This document shows, piece after piece, positions 27,215-35,800 of a stretch of 64,000 nucleotides of DNA. Source of the DNA: Bdellovibrionota bacterium (lineage in GTDB: Bacteria > Bdellovibrionota_C > UBA2361 > OMII01); contig JBIKKT010000005.1 in the NCBI GenBank assembly GCA_044360195.1, forward strand, positions 5,744 through 69,743, given 5' to 3'. Below the pieces are notes generated by a model. The model did not search any database. It was not told where the DNA came from and saw only the letters and a program-made list of their open reading frames with translations. A program made the translations under genes and the position numbers. The stretch's first letter is position 1. Each line of letters starts with the position of its first letter.

Positions 27215-27682
27215 CTACTGCTTGAGAGACTCCGAATCAACCACTCGGCTCTGCAAGCGCCATCCTGCGCCGGCCGAAAACTCCCAGTGCTGCTCTTCGA
27301 TCCTCGTTTTAACAACGTAAAACGGAACAGTATAATACCTCACCTTCAGCAACGCTTTGGCGCTAAAGGCTCCCTCTCCCCAATGGATATCATCAACTTT
27401 TGCGTCGACGACTTTGTCACCATCACCAAGCGCTCGCAACTGAGAAGCTATCTCTTCACGAGCCTCATCCGACACAACGCTTAGCGCCTGGGTCTTATTA
27501 CCCCACTGCAGACCATCTGAAAACTTCCTAAGCTCCTCTGCAAGCAGCGCCTGCCGATCTCCTTCAGTTGCGCCAGCCTCTTTAAATGCCTGAATAAAGG
27601 GAACCAACACACAACCGGGCATGGTCGTTACGACAAGTGCACACATCATTACCAGGAGGCCTATCCTAACTCTCTTTGTCAT
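27215..27682 (-). CDS. hypothetical lipoprotein
   Basis: Lipobox VTTMPGCVL. Confidence 0.45.
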   Translation of the reverse strand: MTKRVRIGLLVMMCALVVTTMPGCVLVPFIQAFKEAGATEGDRQALLAEELRKFSDGLQWGNKTQALSVVSDEAREEIASQLRALGDGDKVVDAKVDDIHWGEGAFSAKALLKVRYYTVPFYVVKTRIEEQHWEFSAGAGWRLQSRVVDSESLKQ

Positions 27683-27696
27683 AATGGATATGTGAC

Positions 27697-28023
27697 CTAT
27701 TTACTATGAATTTCTTCGTCTGAAGAATCAGCCGCAAATCCAAGAAGTTTTTTAAGAAGCCCCTTCATCCTCTGCTTATCTGTCGAAGGTAAAACGCTAC
27801 CTGCAGTTCGTTGAGGCAGTGATTGTGGATGGAGATAACGCCCCTCACCTTTTTGAAGGAGCGCGTCGCCGCGAAGCGTTCGCACGAGCTCCTGCGCATG
27901 GGTCTTCTGCTCATCAGAGTGTCTCCCTAGAGTGCGTCGCATATCGCGAGCAGCAACTAACACGACCGCCCCAGCAAATCCTACAATCATCAAAAACGTC
28001 AGCGCGCTGCGGATTAAAGCCAT
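27697..28023 (-). CDS. small membrane-anchored hypothetical protein
   Basis: N-terminal TM helix LTFLMIVGFAGAVVLVAA. Confidence 0.4.
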   Translation of the reverse strand: MALIRSALTFLMIVGFAGAVVLVAARDMRRTLGRHSDEQKTHAQELVRTLRGDALLQKGEGRYLHPQSLPQRTAGSVLPSTDKQRMKGLLKKLLGFAADSSDEEIHSK

Positions 28024-28087
28024 ATACTTTCTGAGCCCTCTACTTACCCGGTTTTACCCCAGCGGCCTGATTCTGGAAAGGACGAGT

Positions 28088-29491
28088 TTAATACGCGTTG
28101 CGGTTTTTAAACCCATTGACCAGCGTTAAGCACAGTATCTTCAGGTCGAGCAACAGCGACCAATTTTCGATATAATAGAGGTCGTACTCGATGCGCTTAT
28201 CAATCGAGGTATCCCCCCGCCAGCCGTGAACCTGTGCCCATCCCGTAATACCAGCTGGCACCTTATGGCGGAGCATGTAACGCGGTACTCGACGCCTAAA
28301 CTCCTCGATAAACACCGGTCGCTCCGGCCGTGGACCCACGATAGACATGTCACCCCTTAAAACGTTCAAGAGTTGAGGGAGCTCGTCTAGGCTAGTACCT
28401 CGAAGAAACCGTCCGAATGGCGTGACGCGGTCATCACCGGGCTTAGTCCAGCCAGGCCCCTGAGCCTCCGCATCTGTATACATCGTACGAAACTTGACGA
28501 TTGAGAACTTTGACCCGTCGAAGCTAACTCGCTCTTGCTTGAACAGGACTGGCCCCCGAGACGTCAGCTTAACAATGGCGGCGATCAGCGCCATAAGCGG
28601 CAAGAAGAGAACGAGCAGCACTGCAGCCAAAATGAGATCAACAACACGCTTAGTAATTAAATTAATTCCGTCTAACGGACACTCTTGGAGCGAGATAACT
28701 GGGAGACCCTCAAACTCCTCAATCGCCCCTCCAATACTGGTAAACTGATACAGGTCAGGAATGATCTTGATATCAACCAAGGAATCCTTGAGTTGAGCCA
28801 TAAGATCCGGCAACAGTTGGTGGTCCTCAAGAGGAAGCGCTACAATGATCTGATCAATATCTGTGCGATTGATAAATTTTCCTAGCTCTGAAAAACGGCC
28901 GACAATAGGAACGCCTCCGGGCCCCCACCCGCGCTCGCCATCTCTGGACAAACACCCGACAAGTTGAATACCAAGCTCTTGATGCAACCTCACGCGACTT
29001 ACGATATCCGATGCGACTCTTCCGGTTCCCACTATCAACATATAGCGCAAATTGTACCCTTTGCGCCGGAGCTCGCGCAGTAGAAACCGCAGGAAAGAGC
29101 GTTGACTTACCGTAAGAATGGTCGACAGCGCCCAGAAATAAACGAACACCAGACGTGAGAACTGCACGCTCTTCTCGCGGAAGAGGTAGGTGATAGAGAT
29201 AAGAACTACTATAGAGAGCGCATTCGAGTTTACAAGCATCCAGAACTCTCGCCCACGCCGCGCTCCGCGCATTGGTCGATACAGACCCATGCGCCGGAAC
29301 ACGAAGGCCCAGATGATCCAGATAAACACCAACATCGAGACGTAGTGAATAAATTCGGGAACGCCCTTTTCTACCGGGACGAAATCGGTCATGAAGCGTA
29401 GCCAATAGGAGATTATCCACGCTACGGTAACCATGACTAGATCAGCCACGGTAAAGAGGTATTCAAACAATTGACGCTTCTGCTTCAGCAT
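28088..29491 (-). CDS. polyprenyl-phosphate glycosyl-1-phosphate transferase (bacterial sugar transferase / WbaP-type priming enzyme)
   Basis: N-terminal TM helices. C-terminal sugar-transferase signature SIVGPRPERP. Confidence 0.8.
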   Translation of the reverse strand: MLKQKRQLFEYLFTVADLVMVTVAWIISYWLRFMTDFVPVEKGVPEFIHYVSMLVFIWIIWAFVFRRMGLYRPMRGARRGREFWMLVNSNALSIVVLISITYLFREKSVQFSRLVFVYFWALSTILTVSQRSFLRFLLRELRRKGYNLRYMLIVGTGRVASDIVSRVRLHQELGIQLVGCLSRDGERGWGPGGVPIVGRFSELGKFINRTDIDQIIVALPLEDHQLLPDLMAQLKDSLVDIKIIPDLYQFTSIGGAIEEFEGLPVISLQECPLDGINLITKRVVDLILAAVLLVLFLPLMALIAAIVKLTSRGPVLFKQERVSFDGSKFSIVKFRTMYTDAEAQGPGWTKPGDDRVTPFGRFLRGTSLDELPQLLNVLRGDMSIVGPRPERPVFIEEFRRRVPRYMLRHKVPAGITGWAQVHGWRGDTSIDKRIEYDLYYIENWSLLLDLKILCLTLVNGFKNRNAY

Positions 29492-30726
29492 AGTCCCGTC
29501 TTTCTCTCAGTATGCACGTCTAAGCTCGATTGAGCTACGTCCCCAGCTAACTCTGCGCTTAGCCCGCCGTTGATGCCGACGTGACGAGCAAATGATGCCC
29601 ACGCGCCGAAGAACGTTCGATAGCTAAAACAAGCAGCACGATTTTTAGCCACCATCGGGTCGAAAGCACTTTCGACCTCACAGAAGTACTTAACGGCTTG
29701 AGCAAGAGCAGCAGGGTCCCCACAGGCGCTCTTAGGTATGAATACACCGCTTGCGCGCTGAGGTACAAGCGACTTCCCACTCCACGGTCGATATCCGAGC
29801 ACAGATTCGCCTACTCCGCCTGCATCAATCCCTATCACCGGCCGCCCTGAGGAAAGACATTCAACTGGAACGATACCGAAGTCCTCAATGCCTGGGAAAA
29901 TAAGCGCTCGACACCGGCGATAACACTCCCACAACACCGCATCCTCCACCCTGCCGAGAAACCGAATGGTAGGGCCTGCCAACTGACGCAATCGCTCCAG
30001 CTCTGGTCCACCACCAACCACCCACAGCGGCAGTTGAAGCTCATTAAAAGCACGTATAGCAACATCGATACGCTTATACGGCACGAGAGCTCCTGCGCAG
30101 AGAAAGAAGGGCTCGTTCACATCAGCAAACAGGGATTGCTGCGTAACATTCAATGACAGATCAAGATCCGTGCGCATTCTAACGGGCGGTGGAATTACAA
30201 CCGACTCTCGTCCGTAGAATTTACGTATGCGCGCCGAAACAAAACTACTGATTGCAACAAAGTGGGTAACGCGGGACGAACCCCTTGCATCCCACCACCG
30301 CAAAACCTGAAGAATTGGCTGCGCAGCATAAAAAGCGATGCCGCGAAAATACGAGCGCGCCTGATCCCAAATATATCGCATCGGAGTGAAGCAATAGCAT
30401 ATGTGAGGCACTCCCTTAGGAACGGTGACATTTTTTGCCGCCGCATGACTAAGCGAGATAACGAGGTCATATCCCTCCAAACGAAGCGAAGATACTGCTG
30501 CTGGATACAACCAGAGGAACGCCCGATACACCCTAGCAATGCCCGGTATAGAACGCAAAAACGACACCTGCTTTACCCGCGCATCGATCTCAGGAGTAGT
30601 TGAGCCAGGAACGTGAACCAACGTGAAGATATCAGCCTGGGGATAGATCTGAAGAAAAGCCTCTAGGCACCGCTCGCCACCGCGCAAGCCGGTCAACCAG
30701 TCGTGTACGATGGCAACTTTGGTCAT
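29485..30726 (-). CDS. glycosyltransferase family 4 (GT-B)
   Basis: VAIVHDWLTGLRGGERCLE N-terminus. GT4-like C-terminal domain. Confidence 0.7.
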   Translation of the reverse strand: MTKVAIVHDWLTGLRGGERCLEAFLQIYPQADIFTLVHVPGSTTPEIDARVKQVSFLRSIPGIARVYRAFLWLYPAAVSSLRLEGYDLVISLSHAAAKNVTVPKGVPHICYCFTPMRYIWDQARSYFRGIAFYAAQPILQVLRWWDARGSSRVTHFVAISSFVSARIRKFYGRESVVIPPPVRMRTDLDLSLNVTQQSLFADVNEPFFLCAGALVPYKRIDVAIRAFNELQLPLWVVGGGPELERLRQLAGPTIRFLGRVEDAVLWECYRRCRALIFPGIEDFGIVPVECLSSGRPVIGIDAGGVGESVLGYRPWSGKSLVPQRASGVFIPKSACGDPAALAQAVKYFCEVESAFDPMVAKNRAACFSYRTFFGAWASFARHVGINGGLSAELAGDVAQSSLDVHTERKTGLC

Positions 30727-31868
30727 CCAATTACCTCCGTATGCATCGCACCCTGGTAAACGCTGAGCAGCTGCTGGGCTATCGCTTTACACGAATACCG
30801 TTCGAGAACCTGCGCATCACATACACGCGGGCTCTGCGCACTTTTCTTGAAGCCTGTAGCGATTGCTCTCGCCAGCGCATCAACTGAAAAATCAGAGGCA
30901 ACGGTGTCTCGATGAGACACCAGCTCCCGAATCGCCGGCACGGGCCGGCACACAACTGGAGTACCAACAGCCTGAGCCTCAAGAGCCGGAAGGCAAAATC
31001 CCTCCGCATGGGAGGGGACAACGAGAAGCGATGCATTTCGGTAAAGACGCCCAAGCAGCTCAGCCGGAACAGGCCCAGCAACTTCGACACCCTCTACAAC
31101 AGCGTCGGAATCCACGCATGCATTCGAGCCGAACCCCGCTATCACTAATCGCGGAGGTGTTGCCACCACGCTCTGCCACTCACCCTGTGTCCTAAACTGG
31201 TGATAGGCCCGCAAAAGGTCCTGCATCCCCTTGTGGGGCTTCGGGGTTGAAATAACGGCCAGGAGATATGAATCGGTCAACGGATTACGGGGTGCTATCT
31301 GAGCAGCCGACCTCACTGCAAATCGAGCAACTGCATTCGGAATGAAGGTAATCTTGTTCTCAGCAATACCGAAAGTTTCAATGACCTGCCGGCGAGTAGC
31401 TTCGCTTACTGCAACTATAGCTTGCGCTCTGCGAAGTGCCGAAGAGATCAAGAGTCTCGCCACTGTCGGATAGTAGAACTTCTGTGGATGCGTGATGTGA
31501 ATAAGATCGTGGATAGTAACTATTGCGGGGATAGGAAGTCGATACGGCAGCATGTAGTGCGGCGTATGAAATAGGTCAAAACGACTAAGCCCCAAGCGCT
31601 TGGGAAGAAAAAACAATTCATCAGCAGAATAGGGTCGCGAATCATCGAAAATCCACGATATTCCTTGAGTGCTGGTCAGGTCGGAAACCACCCCTGGCTT
31701 AGCAACAACAGTAAGCTCAACTCCTTGAACCTCAAGCAGCCCAGCTACTACATTCTCTATGTATACACCTATGCCGCCATCACCGATCTTGCGACCATCG
31801 ATAAGAACTTTCGGCGAGCGTCCGGTCACGCCCCTCGGTGGCACTACTTGATAGCTTGAAGCTTCCAC
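30723..31868 (-). CDS. glycosyltransferase family 4 (GT-B)
   Basis: GT4 fold with the EX7E-type region LLVVPSHAEGFCLPALEAQAVGTPVV. Confidence 0.7.
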   Translation of the reverse strand: MEASSYQVVPPRGVTGRSPKVLIDGRKIGDGGIGVYIENVVAGLLEVQGVELTVVAKPGVVSDLTSTQGISWIFDDSRPYSADELFFLPKRLGLSRFDLFHTPHYMLPYRLPIPAIVTIHDLIHITHPQKFYYPTVARLLISSALRRAQAIVAVSEATRRQVIETFGIAENKITFIPNAVARFAVRSAAQIAPRNPLTDSYLLAVISTPKPHKGMQDLLRAYHQFRTQGEWQSVVATPPRLVIAGFGSNACVDSDAVVEGVEVAGPVPAELLGRLYRNASLLVVPSHAEGFCLPALEAQAVGTPVVCRPVPAIRELVSHRDTVASDFSVDALARAIATGFKKSAQSPRVCDAQVLERYSCKAIAQQLLSVYQGAMHTEVIG

Positions 31869-32860
31869 GGCGCTCCACTATCGGGTTCGAGCCCGGTAAA
31901 GATGCGTCGCACTACATATGTCTTCTTGTTCTGCGACTCATAGTACGTACGCGCGAGCACTTCAGCGAGCAAACCAAAAACGAGAAATTGAAGACCAATG
32001 ATAACCATCATAACTCCCAGTGAGAGCAGCGGACGATTCCCCATAGGGACACTATGAAACATGCGTTGATACGTAAGCACGGCGAGCACTAGAGCCCCAA
32101 CAACCGACGACGCAGCACCAACAACCCCAAAGAGGTGGATTGGGCGCTTTGAATAGCCGAGCAAAAATTTCACTGTTATGAGATCCAGAACTACCCGAAT
32201 GGTTCTCGAGATTCCGTACTTCGATTTACCAAACTTACGCTCACGGTGATTGACTGGTATCTCTACGATGCGGGCACCCATTTCATTTGCCAAAGCTGGT
32301 ATAAACCGATGCATCTCGCCGTATAGGCGCAAGCCACGCGCGACCTCGCCCGTCATAGCCTTAAGGGTGCAGCCGTAGTCGTGCAGAGACACGTTGGTGC
32401 AGTACGAAATCAATCGGTTTGCGATCATGCTTGGGAGTCGGCGGCTTAGGAACTTGTCCTGCCGGTGCTTTCGCCAGCCGGCGACAAGATCATACCCCTC
32501 GTCGAGCTTGGCAACCATAGCCGGTATCTCCTTCGGATCGTTTTGGAGATCTCCATCGAGAGCAATCACGATATCATACCGCGAGTTATCGAAACCCGCC
32601 GACATTGCAGCTGTCTGCCCGAAATTCCGTCGGAGCTGTATCAATCTAAGATGAGGGTCATTGCCTGCAGCCTCAAGGAGGCGATTGACCGTAGCATCGC
32701 GAGACCCATCATCTACGTAGACGATCTCGTAGGGCATGTTCATAGATTGCAGAACACCTGAAACCTCGCGAAACCCTTCGCCGACGTTCTCTTCTTCATT
32801 GTAGACTGGAATTACGACTGATATGCCTCGCATACCCCCCTCAAAAAACAGATTGGTCAC
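31844..32860 (-). CDS. GT2 polyprenyl-phosphate sugar synthase (GtrB/ArnC/DPM1-like) with a C-terminal double TM anchor
   Basis: ISVVIPVYNEEENV, YEIVYVDDGSRD, ALDGDLQNDP. Two C-terminal TM helices. Confidence 0.8.
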   Translation of the reverse strand: MTNLFFEGGMRGISVVIPVYNEEENVGEGFREVSGVLQSMNMPYEIVYVDDGSRDATVNRLLEAAGNDPHLRLIQLRRNFGQTAAMSAGFDNSRYDIVIALDGDLQNDPKEIPAMVAKLDEGYDLVAGWRKHRQDKFLSRRLPSMIANRLISYCTNVSLHDYGCTLKAMTGEVARGLRLYGEMHRFIPALANEMGARIVEIPVNHRERKFGKSKYGISRTIRVVLDLITVKFLLGYSKRPIHLFGVVGAASSVVGALVLAVLTYQRMFHSVPMGNRPLLSLGVMMVIIGLQFLVFGLLAEVLARTYYESQNKKTYVVRRIFTGLEPDSGAPWKLQAIK

Positions 32861-33217
32861 TCGTCGACAGTAACTCTACCACAAGCGGGTAGCTAAACGA
32901 AGGGCAGCACCTGCCCCAGTACAGGGCCCCCACCCCCCGGCCTCCCAAATCCTCCAACGCACCTCAGTCATACTTTAACTTACTTAAACCTCAGCGCCTT
33001 AACACCCTGGTACCATTCAACAACCCCTCCACTTTCAGCCTGAAACCTTTCAACCTAAAACCTTCTCCTTCTGCAGGCTACTCACACCTTCCTCATCGCA
33101 CGCAACTCTTCTTTCCAATTTGCGATTTAAGAAAGCTATAGGACATGCCCCCTGCAACCCCCCAAGGTTCCCGGAGCATTCTGAGCTTTTGAGAGTGGTC
33201 CAGAGGGCAAGACCTGC

Positions 33218-34297
33218 GTGGCTAACGGGTCATTCCGTTCTGAGATTAGCCGCCCTCACCTGCCTTCTTATTTTGATTTGCGGATTTGGATTATGGGATA
33301 CAGACCTCGCTACTTCGTTTCAAACAAACTCTATGCTCTCTGTTTCCGTACAATAGAGGGGCTACCGTTTGTGGCCACCAGTTATATGAAACTTCTCCTT
33401 CTTGGGATCATGGCCCGCGCCCAGCGAGACCAAAAAGTGGTCCTCTGCCACTTCATATGGATGGGTAACCACGCTCATATCCTGGCTATCTTCAAAGACT
33501 CAGACCAAGCCAAAAATTTCTACGCCGAGGTTCAAAAGAAAATCACTGACTCTCTTAAATCCCTACTAGGTCTTCCTCACCTACGACTTTGGGAGCGGAG
33601 ACCGGTTGTGGCACAAGTTTTAGACCTTCCGGCAGCTATCCAGCAAACTGCGTACCTATACGCAAACCCCTCTAGAGCTGACCTCGTTGACTCAATCTCC
33701 CAGTATCCAGGGTGTTCTTCTTGGGATGTCTTCCAAGCACTTACCAGGACCCCAGAAAAGAATACCCTAACCACATCATCAACTATCAAAACTCTCTGGA
33801 TACCCTTCTCAAAGATACCGCTTCTCCCAGCTCTCTCTCTAAAAAAACACGCAGATATGGATTTTACGGCCCAACTGGCCCCCCTGGGAAGACCACACAA
33901 CCTCGAGCTCCATCCAAACGCTTGGATGCAGTGCTTTGGCATCTCCTACCCAAATGAAATAGCCACCACCAACCAGAAGATACTGAGCCTAATCGAGGAA
34001 ATGGAGGAAGATGCTCGGAAAAAGAGATTGCTGAACAATAAGTCAGTCCTTGGTGAGCGAGTGCTCAGGGTGCAAAACATCCTACGCCAACACACACCAA
34101 CCGGTAGGCGCACAAGACGGAGAGTCTTTGTTATCTGCTCTGACAAAGCTCAACGCATCGCTTATATAGCTAAAATACAGCAGCTATGCTGCATGGCGCG
34201 CATCTGTTATCACGACGCGCTAAAAGGAGTAAACCGATTATGGCCTCCGGGAATGTTTAGGCCACCCCTGCGCGCACTCGCATCGGCGCTCAAATAA
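33218..34297 (+). mobile_element. RAYT/IS200-like HuH Y1-transposase family protein with an approximately 190-aa C-terminal extension (probable start ATG 33293)
   Basis: HuH-like NHAHIL. WQRRF-like LWERRP. C-terminal YI..NP..AGLV-like motif TAYLYANPSRADLV. Flanked by a pyrimidine-rich tract and a CA-rich repeat with 19-bp direct repeats. Confidence 0.5.
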
Positions 34298-34554
34298 ATC
34301 AGGGACCGAATTTGTGACAGATTGCTAAGAATGCCCAACGAGGCGAAAAAGAGACAAAAAAGAAGAGAGCCCCGCACCTCTCAATAAGATCGCATGCGCT
34401 CAGGCGACTGAAATCATGCATAGGCATCCCCTGGCGCTGCTGAAAAGCGCCCCAAAGCTCGACGGGAGCGCACAATAAAGCAGACGAACACAGCCACCCA
34501 CCAACTAGAAACGGCCCTAACCTGCCAACCTATCTATCGACCATAGCACACCCA

Positions 34555-34650
34555 ACACTGGTGCATTGGAGCACCAAACAACACCACACCAACACCAAAC
34601 ACCAAACACCAACACCAAAGCACCAAAAAAAACACTGGTGCATCGGAGCA
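34555..34650. repeat. 19-bp direct repeats (ACACTGGTGCAT[T/C]GGAGCA) bracketing an imperfect (ACACCAA)n microsatellite-like tract
   Basis: Copies at 34555-34573 and 34632-34650 differ at one position. The intervening 58 bp is built from CACCAA/ACACCAA units and ends in an A8 run. Confidence 0.7.
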
Positions 34651-34678
34651 ATTAATTAAGAGCAGCGAAGCGGCGGGT

Positions 34679-35800
34679 TTACGGGCATGCCAACTCCATA
34701 CACGCACGAAATTTCTTCCGGCTCGCCCGCAGCGAGAACTCCCTTTCAGCCACCTCATGCAGATTCTCAAACCGCTTCAACTCAGACGGATCGGCCAGAA
34801 TACGGTTGACCGCGTTTCGAAAATTACTTTCATCCTTCACCACATAACCTATACCGTGCTCCTCAACAAATTGCGCCATGATACCGGTGTGGTTGCACAT
34901 GGACGGAATATTCATCGATGTGTATTCGAACAGACAAACCGGTATCGATTCATCGACACCGGCTTTTCTGAAAATGAAGCCGAGATCCATCTGAGCCAAG
35001 AGACTAGGAAGCTCCTCGTGGGCAACTGCCCCGTGAAAAACCACAGATATTCCATCCAGCTGCTCAGCAACCTTCTCGCGATTCCGGCCATTTCCAATAA
35101 GGTGAATCTCTACATTCTCCGCACCTTTGAAAGCAGTTAGCCATTCAAAGAGGTCCTTCTCCGCAAAGTTTCCCAGATATACGAGCCTTAGCGGACGCTG
35201 GCCATCGAACCATTTCTTGCCGGAAGGAACAAAAAGCTCTGTGTCAACGCCATTTGGCACAACAACTACATGAGGGTGCGATAGGGAACGTTTAATCCCT
35301 GCATTTGCCACGGTTATAACAGTAGCCGAACGAATGGCACGGGCCTGAAGAAAACTGTTTGCTCGCAAGATCAGAGAACCTAGCATCCTTGCCAGAGGCT
35401 TGGGTAAGAAGTGGGCAAGGTAGGCGCCATAATCAAGAAACGCGAGAGAATCGCGAAAGTCCAGCACCAAGACAGGGGACAACCGACTAAGAGCTGGCGC
35501 GAAAATCAACATCTCGTATTTAGGCACCGATAGCACAACAACATTCGGCTTGAATTTTCTGGCCAGTTGCTTAGCCCGCTTGCCCAGACGCACCAGGAAA
35601 CCAAGAAAAGAAACCGGTTTGCTCTCTGGCGGTCTATTTATCAGGGTGTACCCCTCTGGGGCTGGGCCATCTGCCAATAAGCCGCCCACGGCAGCTCTAT
35701 CCCAATCAGAAAGAGCTTCGAGCAGATTCTGAATTCGAACCTGAGGAGCACCCCGAACGGGAAAGAGTTCATCAAGAACGAAGAGAATTTTCTTGGTCAT
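34679..35800 (-). CDS. glycosyltransferase family 4 (GT-B)
   Basis: GT4 C-terminal domain with the E...E motif region VFHGAVAHEELPSLLAQMDLGF. Confidence 0.65.
   Translation of the reverse strand: MTKKILFVLDELFPVRGAPQVRIQNLLEALSDWDRAAVGGLLADGPAPEGYTLINRPPESKPVSFLGFLVRLGKRAKQLARKFKPNVVVLSVPKYEMLIFAPALSRLSPVLVLDFRDSLAFLDYGAYLAHFLPKPLARMLGSLILRANSFLQARAIRSATVITVANAGIKRSLSHPHVVVVPNGVDTELFVPSGKKWFDGQRPLRLVYLGNFAEKDLFEWLTAFKGAENVEIHLIGNGRNREKVAEQLDGISVVFHGAVAHEELPSLLAQMDLGFIFRKAGVDESIPVCLFEYTSMNIPSMCNHTGIMAQFVEEHGIGYVVKDESNFRNAVNRILADPSELKRFENLHEVAEREFSLRASRKKFRACMELACP

Noticed and set aside
33120-33356. 78-aa ORF overlapping the 5' end of the RAYT-like gene
   Set aside because: It is in another frame of the same region and has no motif. 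Its hydrophobic stretch is explained by the C/T-rich composition.
34574-34631. CACCAA repeat as a possible CRISPR array
   Set aside because: It has no regular repeat-spacer periodicity, the units are 6-7 bp, and no cas genes are present. It is a microsatellite-like tract.
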